A stretch of DNA of 64,000 nucleotides from Ginglymostoma cirratum (GCA_024137785.1 JAHRHZ010000115.1:1010293-1074292); one strand, 5' to 3'; counted from the first letter of the stretch, positions 25,291 to 38,640 are shown. Made by a program: numbers and translations. The notes: generated by a model from the sequence alone, not told the origin.

Positions 25291-28200
25291 CAAACGAAAT
25301 CTCATTCTAAGCCTAGGGAAAGGATCTGCCAGTGTCAGTCTCACTATCAGTCCAGCATATATATTAAAAACATACTAGTTTCTATGAAAAGTTCTTCCCC
25401 ATCTCAATTTTCCACATGTAGTTCAATCACGTTCATAGAAGACAAAATCTGCCATAACTACCTGATAAAAGTAACAGGAACTTGTTGAATTAAACAAGAA
25501 AGTTATCACCAGTGCCTGTGCTCTGCAGTGCCCACTTCTATGGAAGATATCAATTGTGCTAGTGGACACAACATGCTCCCTCTCCCAAGCTACTCAAGCA
25601 CAGACAAGACCAAAGAAAAGAGGTTGGCAGCAAGAGTAACCCCACTTCCTTGGGACTCACCCATTCTAAATTGTCACTATGCAGCTCCAAGAGAAGATAT
25701 TCTGACTTGGCCAGTCCCGTCCACATTGAGCAGTCAAAGATCACAGATGTGGTCCATGGCACCACCTTCTCCAAACCATCAGAGACGGCCAATCAATGCT
25801 AATCAAGGCAGCACTGCCCACTTCCCATGAATAAACATATGGAGAAATCTAAGGCCCTGTATTCAGCAATGCCTCAATTTTAAAATTCTCATCCTTGTTT
25901 TCAAAGTCCTCCATGTTCATTCCTCTTTATTTCCACATGCTCCTGATCTTGGCCCACAGATAGAACAAACTTCAGTCTTTCCACAGTCAAGGACTGATCG
26001 TATTCACCTTCTGTTTCATCAACTCTTTCAGCACATGGTCTGGTTCCTCTTTCCAAAGAAAATTCACAAACCTTATGCTGCTGCATCACCTGGAGGGAAA
26101 TGGAGAGAAGTGGTTTTCTAAATTGTTCTCCCCTCCCCCAATCCCTTTGCGTGAGGAAGCAAATTTAGCCTTTATAATAAAACTTAAGTATGCCTAAACA
26201 ATAAAAAATCATTGAGGATGAAATGATACACTTGTAATATTTCAAAAATGTCACGGCAGGAAAGGGCTGAAATGTCTGTAATAAATACTGATGATATAGT
26301 GGGATGTATCGAAAAGATACAAGAACAGGAGGAGAATATTCATTTCTGTGAGACTGTTATACCGTTAACTGGGCTCACGAGATAGCATAATACTGTTGGT
26401 TATTGAAAACCCAGATTATGAGAAAATAAAAGAATCTTGCAAATGGCCATGTTAGGAATTTGCACAACTAAGATACAGGGAAAATCACATGGAACAATCA
26501 ACGACAGCACAACACAAAAATTAATAATCATTCAAAATTAAACGTACGTCTAAATCAACGAACAAATGAGGGAAATAAAGATGTAGATGGAGTAGAGTTT
26601 TTACAAAGTTTTCAGGACTTAACACTTATACAGTTATTCCACAGCCCACCAGGACTGGAATCACTGCTATTTCAAATATTTAAGGTGCAATGCATTATGT
26701 ACGAAAATTTTTAAGAATGCAGACTGTGCAGCAGTGTTAGTTATAAAATATTAAGAAGAACAGAATTAACAAAATGAAAAGAGGTAATGGCAAAACAAAA
26801 AAAAAAGTAGGGGGAAGATGACTACGGGATTTTGCAAAAGACAGCCAGAACAGAATATTAAAAGAGAATATAAAAACCACATTGGCAACTAATTAAACTG
26901 CAATTTTAACATTACAAACCCAAGATATTCCATGAAAAAGACAAATTCAGCATTTAAGATCCCCCACTGACACTTCCACCATTGTTACCTAAAGTTAATT
27001 CCAGGACCTCCCCCTTCCTTGTTGGGACTTCTACATACTGGGCATTTCACCGACGAGCTCAGTGAGTCCTATTCGCTGCTTCAGGCAACCCTCACCCTTC
27101 CTTTGTGGACCTTACAATGCAGATGTTGTCTTTAAATCTTCACAGTGAAACTTTCCCTTCTGTGCAACATCTGGCAGTAAAGCCATATCTCCTCCTTTCC
27201 ATTTCTTTTCTCAGCTTGGGACAGTGGAAGAATACTGCTTACTTGCAGCAACTGAAGGGAGTGGAAGTGTACCCAAGGAAGAAGCATACTCTGGAAATGT
27301 TGGTTCAGGTCTGACCCTCTTAAATGTATTGCTATTGTTTGCTCTCTCCGCTTGACACATACATTTGCCTGGCTAAAATGCTGGCGTCTTTTCTCATGTT
27401 CACGATTATAGGATTTCGATCAGACATGGTTAGGATTTAAGGGGCAGTAAATTAGAAGCAATGCACTGTATATAACACAGATATATAATCCACTTAGATT
27501 GCACATACATTTAGGGTTAGAGCCAGCATGAAGATTTCAAGGTTTGTGTGTCCTAGACAGCAACACTGAGCAGTGATCTGTCGATCAGGATGACTTTTTG
27601 CCATGAGGAGAATGAGTTACAGCAAAGTGAGGAGGAAGAGACAGTGTGTTGGATATTAACTTCCAGTTTTTGGGATTGAAAGAGAATGCTGCATAGAAAC
27701 TAGAATTATTACCCAGCACTGTCAGTGATAACTTTTTAAAACTCCTTTTAAAGGATGCTGGAAGGGAAGGATTTGCAGACAGGAACCTCGAAGTCATGAG
27801 CCATTTCTCAACTTGTAAAATAAGATTTGATTACTTGCTATGGGAGGCCAGGGTAACTCAGCAGAAAATGCACTATTTGATGAGCAATTAAGGCCAAAAT
27901 TTTTATTTACTTTTTTTCCATAATTTGCAGCATCATGCATCAGAAGCTGTCTGTTTGGGAACTTGCAGGATAAGTGTGAAGCGAGCAAAATTTAGGCGAA
28001 ATTGTCTTGCAGCCAAAATCACTATTGATAATCCAGGACTGAGGCATATCCAAATTATTTATGTAAAGCATAATCAATAATGGCCCAACAAGAGCCCAAC
28101 ACTGACCACTGTGGGACTCCATTGCCCACAGACATCCAGTTGGAAAAAAAATCCCTCAACCATTACCCTCTGTTTTCTGTCACTCAGCCAACTGTGGATC

Positions 28201-28481
28201 CAATTTGCCAAACGTCAATGAATCCCATGGCTCTTACCTTTGCTATCAGTCTCCCATGCAAGACCTTATCAATAGCCTTGCTGGTGTTCAAGGAATCTCA
28301 ATCAAAAGTATTGCCCTCATTGACACACCTGGGCACCTCATCAAAAAATTGAATCAAGTTGATCAAATGGGAACTCCCCTTAAAAAATTCATGCGGACTG
28401 TTCATAGAGCTGTACAGCACGGAAACATACCTTTCGGTCAACTCATCCATGCCAACCAGATATCCTAAATTAACCTACATT

Positions 28482-29430
28482 GGAGTCGTTGGTTGGTTCA
28501 CCGAGCTGACTGGTTTTCATGCAAACATTTCGTCTCCCTTCGAGGTGACCTCGTCAGTGCTGTACAGCCTCTGCTGCAGCGCTGTTGTTCCATCCTGCTC
28601 TGAATTTACATGGTCCAGGCTGTCTTGTTTCTGGTTTTGTACTGTTGTGTTATGTAGATAGGGTCTGTTTCAACATGTTTTTTAATTGTATCGATGGCTG
28701 AAAACCATGCCTCCAGGAATTCTTGTGCTTGTCTTTGTCTTGGTTGTCCTAGTACTGTATCTTTGTCCCAGTCAAACTGATGTCCTTCTTTGTTGGAGTG
28801 TATTGAAATGAGGGAGAATTGGTCGTGCCGTTTTGCTGCAAGTTGGTGTTCATGTATCCTGGTTGTGAGTTTCCTACCTGTCTGTCCTATGTTGTGTTTC
28901 TTGCAATTGAGCAGGACAAATGTGATAATATAAAATACCATGCAGCAACTGCAAGAAACAAGCAAGACAAAGACAAGCATGAGAATTCCTGGAGAAAAAC
29001 CAAAAGAAATGCGGATGCTGTAAATCAGGAACAAAAACAAAATTGCTGGAGAGGCTCAGCAGGTCTGGCAGCATCTGTGACGGAAAAAACACAGTTAACG
29101 TTTCGGATCCAGTGACCCTTCTGCAGAACTGAGGAAGAACTCAGAATTCCTGGAGGCCTGGTTTTCAACCACCGATGTAATTAACAAACATGTTGATATG
29201 GACCCCATCTACGTACCACTACCGTACAAAACCGGAAACAAGACTGCCCACCATGACAGACCTGACCATATAAATTCAGAGCGGGACAGACAACAGCATT
29301 TTACAGAGGTTACACAGCATGGATGATGTCACCTAGAAGGGAGATGAAACACTTGCATGAAAACCAGTCAGCTTGGCAAACCAACAAACAACTCCAACCG
29401 CAACCCAAGATACAGATCTTCGTTAAAACA
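28482..29430. mobile_element. Fold-back Penelope-like element inserted in a CR1 3-prime tail
   Basis: GIY-YIG remnant NIGQTGRKLTTRIHEH on - (28606-28920) with a partial inverted copy on +. Hammerhead at 28521-28560 (-). TSD TAACCTACATT at 28471 and 29436. Confidence 0.85.
28995..29142 (-). mobile_element. ~150-bp hammerhead mini-element nested in a Penelope element
   Basis: Same family as 20868-21006. 13-bp TSD AGAATTCCTGGAG at 28982 and 29143. Confidence 0.85.
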
Positions 29431-31755
29431 TTAAATAACCTACATTTTCCAGCATTTGGCTCATATCCCTCTAAACCCTTCCTATTCATATACCCATCCA
29501 GCTGCCTTTTAAAGGTTGTATTTGTACTAGCCTCCACCATTTCTTCTGGCAGCTCATTCCATACAGACCTCTGCATGAAACAGGTGTGAATTTTGCTGTT
29601 TGTTAATTTCTCTTAGACAAACTCCGATGTCCAGAGATACTTGAACTCAAACAGCTGAGGCAGCTGCTGTGCAGATTCACTGCTGGGTCAGACAGCAATG
29701 TCGGTTTCTTACTCATTTGAATCACTTCCCATGTGGTCTCTACCTTTTTGTGGTCTCTGCCTTTTCTTGATTAATCTCATTCTTCAAATGCAAATTATTT
29801 CTGTCCCTCAGAAATACTTGCAAGATTCTCCCCACCAGCAAGCTGAGACTGACTGGTTTTCATTTTATTGGTTTATCACTTGCTCTCTTCTTGAATAAAC
29901 GTTCCACTTTGACTGTTCTTCAGTCCTCTACTACCTTTCCTTTGGTCAGAGGGGAACTGAAAATTTTTGTAAGCACCCCTGCTATTATGTACCAACAATT
30001 TATCATCTCAACACGATAGGATGGGTTTCACCTGACTCTGGAGGTTTACCTACATTTAAGCCTGCAAGATTACTTAAAATGTCCTCTCTCTCCGTGTGCC
30101 AAATCCTTTACATTCTATCACAGACCTCTCCCTGATTTGTCTCCCTCACTCGTGAACACTGACGCAAAGCATTCATTTATAACCAGGCCTATATCCTCTA
30201 ATCCCACACACAGACTACCACTGTGGTACTTAATGGACCTTACTATTTCCCCATTAATGTACCTGTAAAACAACTGAGCATCTTCCTTTATTTTTCTTGG
30301 CTGTATCAATTCACGTTCCCGTCAGCTCTCCTGATCTCTCCATTTAAATTCCCTCTTGCACATTTATCTGAAGTATCTGCTCCCTGCGCCCTCTGGCCAA
30401 ATCATATCTGGTCTTATTAAAATCACCAAGTTAGACCTTGGATTGGAAGCTGATCCTTGTTGTTTTCCACAGCAATCCTGAATCTTTTAAAACGAATCAT
30501 AATTGTCTGCGAAATTCTCCCACTGATACTTTGATCACTTATCCACTTTTCTTACCTAACTTTCAGTCTAGGATCTCCCCCTTCCTTGTTGGGACTTCTA
30601 CATACTGGCTTGAAAAGCCATACTGGATCTATTTTAAACATTCCTCTAAACCTTTCACATTATGATGACCACAATTTATGTTGAGGAAGTTGAAATCCCT
30701 AGCTATCAGGTCCCTATTACTTTTATACTTCCCTGAAATTTGCATCCTTACCAGCTTGACTTGTTCTAACCAAATGGGTTCATTGAAGGAGTTTTCTAAA
30801 ATGTCAGCCCTCTGTCTTGTTGTAATAAATTCCTTGAGCATAATTGTGACACCTGCTACTCTTTTGCCTCCATTGCTGTCTCCCTTGAAAATTAATGCCA
30901 TTCAACTATGTCAAATTCCCTTGCACCTTAACTGGCCTGTAATGTCAATGCATTCCTGATTTACCGGTTTCTTCTCTTTTCTTCTTAGCCTTTTGGATAT
31001 TCTCTGTGGACCCCATTTCCTTGCCCAGTCAGGTTACATGAGCCCCAAAAGCACATGAAACTGAATTTCCAGTATTACAGGCTATATCTCACTCTGGATG
31101 TACCTTCTCCCAACTGCTCATGTGAAGGGGCCTGATTATCTTATCTCTAAGGTACTCAGAATTAGAAAAAGACTTGAGACAACTTAGTTTTAACAAAAGC
31201 CGGCTTGTATTATTTTTATCTCCAGTAGGTAACTGAACCTGTGATGTTCACAAACATCATCAGAAATAAATTTAGAAAGCATGGTTTCGAACATAGATAA
31301 TAACAGCATCAAAATGCAACACTGACACTTGCTAGGAAACTCAATGCAGTTTAACCAATCCTGATGAACCACAAAATCACTTTACAAACACTACGCAGCT
31401 GGACAGTCTTTACCTAGTGTAAATGTGTTGACATACAGTGACATTGTGATCATTTTCAAAACCTATCCTACAGATACACAATTGTATCAACATTTTGTCT
31501 GCAACATCAGTCCCTTTAATACAGCAGGGTTTAATAACATCAAATGGCCTAATGACCAAGGTTCATTCCTTGCTGTGAATAAAAGCAAAATCCTTCACCT
31601 GTGGTTCTTGTGAATTTGCTAGTGTATTAGTAAACAGCCAAGCTTTTTACACAAATACAGCAGGTGAATGGGATCCACCCAGCGTCATCTCACTGGTGTG
31701 CTAACAGTTTGAATTTACACCAGAGAGCGAACAGGTTGGTGTATCAGCAGGTGAG

Positions 31756-32391
31756 TTAACTGAGTGAACGTCTCTCAGTATGAGCTCGCTGGTGTCTCAG
31801 CAGGTTGAACGATTGAGTAAATCCCTTCCCACAATCAGAGCAGGTGAATGGTTTCTCCCCAGTGTGAACTCGCTGGTGCTCTAGTAGTTGAGAGGAGCGA
31901 ATGAATCCTTTTCCACATTCAGAACAGGTGAATGGTCTCTCTCCAGTGTGAACTTGCTGGTGTCTCCGCAAGTGGGATGATTGGTTAAATCGCTTCCCAC
32001 AATCAGAGCAAGTAAATGGTTTCTCCGCAGTGTGAACTCGCTGATGTCTCCGCAGGTTGGATGACTGAGTGAATCCTTTCCCACACTGGGAGCAGGTGAA
32101 TGGTTTCTCCCCAGTGTGAACTTGCTGATGCTCCAATAGTTGAGATGAGCGAATGAATCCTTTCCCACACACAGAGCAGGTAAACGGCCTCTCCCCAGTG
32201 TGAACCCGCTGGTGAATCCGCAGGCTGGATGACAGAGCAAATGCAATCCCACAATCAGAGCAGGTGAATGGCTTCTCCCCAGTGTGACTGCGTTGGTGAT
32301 TTTCCAGTTGGGATGGGTAATGAAATCCCTTCCCACAATCCCCACATTTCCACAGTCTCTCCCCAGTGTGACTGCGTTGGCGTTTGGACAT
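31756..32391 (-). CDS. C2H2 zinc-finger protein, 7 fingers, inverted paralog of 3358-4848
   Basis: 211-aa ORF starting [19 protein letters not shown]. Its flanks are homologous to those of the 17-finger gene. Confidence 0.88.
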   Translation of the reverse strand: MSKRQRSHTGERLWKCGDCGKGFHYPSQLENHQRSHTGEKPFTCSDCGIAFALSSSLRIHQRVHTGERPFTCSVCGKGFIRSSQLLEHQQVHTGEKPFTCSQCGKGFTQSSNLRRHQRVHTAEKPFTCSDCGKRFNQSSHLRRHQQVHTGERPFTCSECGKGFIRSSQLLEHQRVHTGEKPFTCSDCGKGFTQSFNLLRHQRAHTERRSLS

Positions 32392-32859
32392 TGCAGATGA
32401 ATCTTCACAGACTCTTCCACAAACAGACGATACGTGTTTCTCTCCGGGGTGAATGGTGTTTTATCCTTCAATGTTCAAAATCCTGAGATAATTAGGTTAT
32501 GACAAACAGAGTGACCGCAGGATCTGGATGTGCTTTCGTTTGAAGTCTCTAATTGCAAACCAACCTTTCAAACAGAAAGCATGCATTAGGAGAAACGAGT
32601 AGAACACACAGGTTGTGAAACTGACAGCAATTAATCTGGTCACTTCTGGAGATGACACAGAGGGAAACTGCTGGATTTATCATTAAAACTGAACTGGTTC
32701 CTAAATCTCCTTCAGGGAAGGGAACCAGTTGGTGTTTGCACAAAACTACAGAAAGAGGTGGGACAGGCATTTATAGATCTACAACTCAATCCTGTTCCTG
32801 TTTTCTCCCCATTCCTTCATACCCTCTGAATAGCTAAGAACAGCGCAGGGCTCATTCAA

Positions 32860-33470
32860 AGTACAGTTGCAGGTAGACAGGGTGGTTAAGGCGGCATTCG
32901 GTACGCTTACATTCATTTGATTGAGTATATGAGCTGGGAGGTCATGTGGTTGTATAGAATATTGGTTCGGCCAATACTGGAATACTGCTGTGGCAAAGAT
33001 ATTGCTGACCTTGAAAGGGTTCAGAAAAGATTTACAAAGTTGTTGCTGGGATTGTGGAGTTGAGCTGTAGGGGAGGCTGAATCGACTGGGGCTATTTTCT
33101 GCAGAGAATCAGAGGCTGTGGGGTGATCTTATAGAAGTTTATAAAATCATGAGAGACATCAATAGAATGAAGGGCCAAGATATTTTTCCAGGGTATGGGA
33201 GTTCAAAACTAGAGGGCATAGTTTTAAGATGAGAACAGAAAGATTTAAAAGGGTCCTGAGAGGCAATCTTTTCACACAGAGGATGGTGCATTTATGAAAT
33301 GGGCTACCAGAGGAAGCAGGGAGGCAGGTACAATTACATTTAAAAGGCATGTGAATAGGAAATGTTTAGAGGGATATGAGCCAAATTCTGGCAAATGGGA
33401 GTAGATCAGTTTAGGATACATTGTCGGCATGGATGAATTGGACTAATGGGTCTGTTTCCATGCTTCTGAC
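32860..33470 (+). mobile_element. CR1 3-prime fragment, mirror of 2245-2870
   Basis: RT C-terminal motifs and 3-prime UTR shared by both duplication arms. Confidence 0.7.
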
Positions 33471-34284
33471 TCTCAATGCTTAAGCAAAATGGTGGAAACC
33501 TGAAATAAAATCAGACAATGTCAGAGACATCCAGCAGGCCTGGAGGCATCTGAAGTGGCAACAGCTGCAGGAACCATTGCAACTTTGAGGAAATGTTTAG
33601 ATGATCATAAAAGCCACGACAACAGAGGTTACATGCCGAGTGCCAGAAACCGGACTACAGTAAATAGGTGCTTGATGACCAGCATAGATATGACAGGGAC
33701 ATTGCATTTTGGTTTTACAACTGAGGCTCTGATCCCAGTTTGTTCTGTGTTTCTCGGTCACCCCGTCTTTTAATAAGCAGGCACGAGTGGCAAGCAGTGA
33801 AGAATGCAAATGGTACGTTGACCTTCATGGTGAGAGGAGTGAAGCACAGAAGCAGGGATATCTTTCTGTCAGGGCTTTAGTGAGCCCACACCTGGATAAC
33901 TGTATGCACTTTTGCTCTCTTTTCCCAAGGAAGGTTGCCCTGGCCATTGACAGAGGGTAAAGAAGGTTCATCAGACTGGTGATAACAAGCATGGGGCTGG
34001 ATGAACACAGCAGGTCAAGCAGCATCATAGGAGCAGGAAAACTTGACGTTTCGGGCCTAAACACTTCATCAGAAATGGGGGAGGGGAAGAGGGTTCTGAA
34101 ATAAATAGGGAGAGAGGGGGAGGTGGATAGAGGATGGATAGAGGAGAGGATAGGTGGAGAGGAGGCAGACAAGTAGAAGAGGCGGGGATGGAAGCGTGGA
34201 GGTGGAGAGAGTTGCAGCGGGAGAGAGATTCCCTGAGGTTTGTCCGGAGGGAGGAGGGACCTGAAGAAGTTACCCTCCTCCCTC

Positions 34285-34684
34285 NNNNNNNNNNNNNNNN
34301 NNNNNNNNNNNNNNNNNNNNNNNNNNNNNNNNNNNNNNNNNNNNNNNNNNNNNNNNNNNNNNNNNNNNNNNNNNNNNNNNNNNNNNNNNNNNNNNNNNNN
34401 NNNNNNNNNNNNNNNNNNNNNNNNNNNNNNNNNNNNNNNNNNNNNNNNNNNNNNNNNNNNNNNNNNNNNNNNNNNNNNNNNNNNNNNNNNNNNNNNNNNN
34501 NNNNNNNNNNNNNNNNNNNNNNNNNNNNNNNNNNNNNNNNNNNNNNNNNNNNNNNNNNNNNNNNNNNNNNNNNNNNNNNNNNNNNNNNNNNNNNNNNNNN
34601 NNNNNNNNNNNNNNNNNNNNNNNNNNNNNNNNNNNNNNNNNNNNNNNNNNNNNNNNNNNNNNNNNNNNNNNNNNNNNNNNNNNN
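34285..34684. other. Assembly gap (400 N)
   Basis: Run of n. Confidence 1.
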
Positions 34685-34778
34685 CTCTTCGACTTGTCTG
34701 CCTCCTCTCCACCTATCCTCTCCTCTATCCACCTCCCCCTCTCTCCCTATTTATTTCAGAACCCTCTTCCCCTCCCCC

Positions 34779-34814
34779 ATTTCTGATGAAGGGTTTAGGC
34801 CCGAAACGTCAAGT
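34779..34814 (+). ncRNA. Minimal hammerhead ribozyme motif
   Basis: AUUU-CUGAUGA-A-GGGU(UUAG)GCCC-GAAACGUC-AAGU. An inverted copy lies at 34041-34076. Confidence 0.75.
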
Positions 34815-35654
34815 TTTCCTGCTCCTATGATGCTGCTTGACCTGCTGTGTTCATCCAGCCCCATGCTTGTAATCTCGGATTCTCCACCATGTGCAGTACC
34901 TTTTATCTCTCATCAGACTGGTTTTTGGGATGTCAGGACTGATGTATGAAGTCCCACTTGATCCTCACTTAATTCTCCTTTTTTGTCTTTCTGAATCATG
35001 GACTAGATAACTAACTAATATTCCACCTCATATTTCCTGATCTGAATCTGACCTATGTCAGCCGACACTTAGGTTGCCATTCTAGTTGAAAACCTCACCC
35101 AATGAACTAGCAAAAAGAGCCCATGAGGAGATTTATCCCAGCTCTGACCAGGGGCAACCGGTCAGGCTTGTACAGGTCCCACCTTACCCAGAAACAGTCC
35201 CAATGCCTAAAGAATCTAAACTCTTGTCTGTAAACAATTTCTCCAGTCACACATTCATTTAATCTATTCTCTTATTCCTGCTCTTGCTAGCAATGTGGCA
35301 CTGGGAGTATGCCTGACATTATTACATTTGGTTTTGTATTTTAATCTATCTCCTCTCTTCCTATATTCAGCTTTCAGATATGTATCCCTATGTTTAACTA
35401 TGTAATCAGTCCCTCTGTGAACCACAATCACTGGCTGTTCAGCCTCCACCTCCAGAATGTCTTGCAGCCACTCCATGACATCCTTCATCCTGGCATCAGG
35501 GAGGCAACGTACCATCCTGTAGTCACGTCTGTCAGTAGCCCTTACTATTTTGAATCCCATGTCACTCTAGCTCTGCCATTTGTTTTTCTCCCCTTTTATG
35601 CAGCAGACTACATGTAATTCTCACCTGTGGTGTGACCACTTTGACAAAGGCTGT

Positions 35655-36003
35655 GACCACTGTGGCTCAGTGGTTATCACTGCTACCTCACAGCACTAGG
35701 GACCTTGGTTCAATTCATCCTCGAGGAGTGTGTGTAGAGTTTGCACACTTTCCCGTTTCTGCATGAGCTTCCAAGGAGAGCTCCAATTTCTTCTCTCAGT
35801 ATAAAGATATGCAGGTTAGGTGGATTGGCTGTGCTAAATTATCCATAGTGTTCGGGGATTTGAAGGTTGGGTGAGTCAGCCATGGGAAATACAGCGTCAC
35901 AGGGAATAGTGTCAGCGGCTGAGTCTGGGTGGGGTGCTCTTTGGAGGATCAATGTGGCCTTGTTGGGCTGAATGGCCTGTTTCCTCACTGGAAGGATTCT
36001 ATT
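35655..36003 (+). mobile_element. tRNA-derived SINE, duplicate of 544-897
   Basis: TGGCTCAGTGG...GGTTCAATTC at the same position in the other duplication arm. Confidence 0.85.
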
Positions 36004-36899
36004 TTATTTTAAAATTGCTGTCCATGATATTTATAGAATCACGCATCATGGTCCATAGTTAGTCACCCACAACTCCAGCTCAAAAAAGCGGTTCATCAGT
36101 AGCTACAAATGGACACACCTCCTGCATGTGAAGACGTCAGGGACACTGGAAGCATCCCTTATTTTCCACACTGTGCAAGAGTAGCATGGCATGGGTCCAA
36201 GGTCTCCTGTCATGACTTCTCCCTACATTAAGCCAGATACTCCCTTTAAGATATTGAGTCAGGGATCTTCTTTCATTTCAAACACTTCTATCATAATCAA
36301 AAGCTCCTATGTGTACTTAAGCTGAATATTATATTTTTAAAACGGTCAGAAAATTCCCTGCAGGTATCACTTACTAATTGGCTATTTCCATTGGGACCAT
36401 GTCACTTTCTGAACTGCCTGAACTGAGTCTGAGCACCACACTCAAACTTTCAGCTTCGTCTTCTCCATGTCTCACCTAATTTTTTGATTCAATACACTCA
36501 ATTCCAAAGCACTCTCATTGAGCCAAACAGCACTCACAGCACAGCCTTGTCATTTCAACTGACTGACCTCAGCCTCTTGTACTGTTCTAATTCAGCTCAT
36601 CTTTCAATTCAGCACTTTATAACTCTCTAGACTCTAAGTGGACTTCAGCATGTTAAGGAGCAACAGTTGTCAGGATCTGGAATGTTTCACATGAAAGGGT
36701 ACTGGAATTTGAGTCCATAGGAATTTTAAAGTGAAGTTTACAGGTAGTTGAGAATATAAAGGTTAAAATCATGAAACGGGTGATTGAAACAGTTCTTTCA
36801 AAGAGCTGAGTGGTTATTTGGAGAAATCTGTGCCTCTCTCTGGCCAGTATCTCTTTCTCAGCTGCAGGACCCAGAACTGAACACATACCCCAGGGCGAT

Positions 36900-37190
36900 C
36901 TGACCACAAGTTTGAACATGATGCTCCTTTTCGATTTAAAAACAGATTGGAATTATTTTCCCACAGACAGAACAGACAAACCTTTTTCCTTCCACAGTTA
37001 AGTTCCCATGATATTGAGATCCTGATGCCTCTGCTGACTGTCAGAACTTGTTTTGAGATCCTGGTCTGCAAAATTTTCTCAATTAATACCCTGTAAAATG
37101 AATTCACAAAAATCACTGGCAGTCCAGGATAGAAATCTAGAAAAGACAAACATTTCTCTTGGTTTCAGTTTTCTATGTAAATACTCCTTT
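36900..37190 (-). other. Putative upstream ZNF-family exon or leader with a degenerate finger (FVCSVCGK)
   Basis: ttttacAG acceptor at ~37091. Homologous leaders occur at 50800-50940 and 59690-59850. Confidence 0.4.
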
Positions 37191-37249
37191 TCAAATCACT
37201 TTAAAACCCCAAGAAGTATATGCATGGGCATTGCTGCACCTCGCCCCCA

Positions 37250-37630
37250 ATAAAGACGGCAGCAGTTACCCGGGGCCTATCACTGCCTGAGGCCCGCAGC
37301 CATCTTCAGATCTAGAGGCCTACACTGGATGTTCATAAAATCCCCCAGTCCAGACTGATTTCATTTTCCTCCCGGTGTCCGTCAATTCTCTCGCTTCCCC
37401 GTCACCACCTCCTGCATTCACTCAGGTGCCAGTTACAACGGCATTGAGGCTTTCTTGCCCCACCTACATTCAATTCCATTGGACGGAGGACTCGCCACAT
37501 CCGCGTGGGCTGTCAGCCCTGCCCACTCTCCTGTAATTGGTCCATCAGCAGCCGTCAATCAGCTGGGCCCCATTTTGAGGCGAGTGCTGGGATCCTTCCT
37601 CTCTCCAACCTGGGGTGAGCGTCATCATTC
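37250..37630. promoter_or_regulatory. CpG-enriched probable promoter between divergent ZNF copies
   Basis: Local CpG and GC enrichment, GCCATCTT (YY1-like) and ATTGG. Confidence 0.45.
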
Positions 37631-37631
37631 C

Positions 37632-38200
37632 CAGTGAATGGTGCAGTATCACAGACCACAGGGGCTGGTGGCCAAACAGCCCATTGTGACTGTATTCTCA
37701 CACTCCAGAAACGCTGCAAATCTATTTTAACGCCCCTGCTGTTAGCTCATAGCCCTCCAATTCTTTCCTTAAAAAGTTAAATTCCAAATCTCTTTTGGAG
37801 GATAACTACTGAATCCACATCCAGCTGCTGTTCAGACTTTTTCATATCCTTGGAACTTGCCGAGTAAAATAATTTTCACATTTTCATCTTGCATTATTTG
37901 CCAATTATGTGAAGGTTACCAAACATTGTGACAACGTTAATAATTTCTCTTTCTCTCTCTCTCTGCAAATGAAATATCCTGAAAACAAATCCACACCTCT
38001 GCTAATTCACTGCTTAATGTTCTCAGCTCCAAGGGGAATTATCGGAGCTTCTTCTACCTCTCCACCAAACAGAAACCAATCTTAATTTTAATTTATTCAT
38101 AGGGTGTGGTCTTTGCTGCCCAGACCAGTATCTATTGTCCATCTTTTTTTGACCTGGAGAAAGTGATGGTGAACTTTCTTCTTGAACTGCTGCAATCCAT
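37632..38200. repeat. Direct duplicate of 40762-41310
   Basis: Shared CAGTGAATGGTGCAGTATCACA...GGGGCTGGTGGCCA, AAATTCCAAATC and TCACTGCTTAA blocks. Confidence 0.8.
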
Positions 38201-38219
38201 GTGCTGTTTAGACAATAAT

Positions 38220-38640
38220 GTCCTGCAGTCTCACAACCCTCCCTATCTCTGTAATCTCCTAAAGTGTTACATTCCTCCATCTTTCTCTGTAATCCTCTTC
38301 AGCCTTAAAATCCTCCCTGTCTCTATAATTTCCTCCAAACTCACAATTCTCCTTATCTCTGCAATCTCCTCCAGCCTCAGAATGTTGTCTCTATAATCCC
38401 CTCCAGCCCTCCCTATCTCTGTAATCTCCTCCTGCCTCACAAATGTCCCTATCCCTAAACTTCTCCAGCCCCGACAAAGCTCCCTTCCTCTGTAATCTCC
38501 TACAGCCTCTCAATTCTCCTTATCTCTACAATCTTCTCCAGTCTCAGAACTCTCACCATCTCCAAAATGACCTCCAACCCTTACAATCATCCCTCGCTCT
38601 ACAATCTCCTCCAGCCTCACAAATCTCCCTATCTCTGTAA
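38220..38640. repeat. Degenerate ~35-bp minisatellite, about 12 units
   Basis: Consensus approximately CTCCAGCCTCACAATCCTCCCTATCTCTGTAATCTC. Confidence 0.85.

Larger units (their letters stand above)
33981..34909. mobile_element. Young Penelope-like insertion with inverted pseudo-LTRs, spanning an assembly gap
   Basis: 33981-34182 is inverted against 34685-34874. 13-bp TSD TCATCAGACTGGT at 33968 and 34910. The empty site is at ~1765 in the paralogous arm. Confidence 0.9.
25650..36560. repeat. Right arm of inverted segmental duplication
   Basis: Colinear reverse-complement homology to 1-9000, interrupted by arm-specific insertions. Confidence 0.9.

Noticed and set aside
33825-34949. Long ORFs containing X runs (also 57440-58123)
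   Set aside because: Artefacts of the N gaps.
38220-38640. CRISPR-like periodic repeat
   Set aside because: Degenerate head-to-tail units with no unique spacers, in eukaryotic context with no cas genes.
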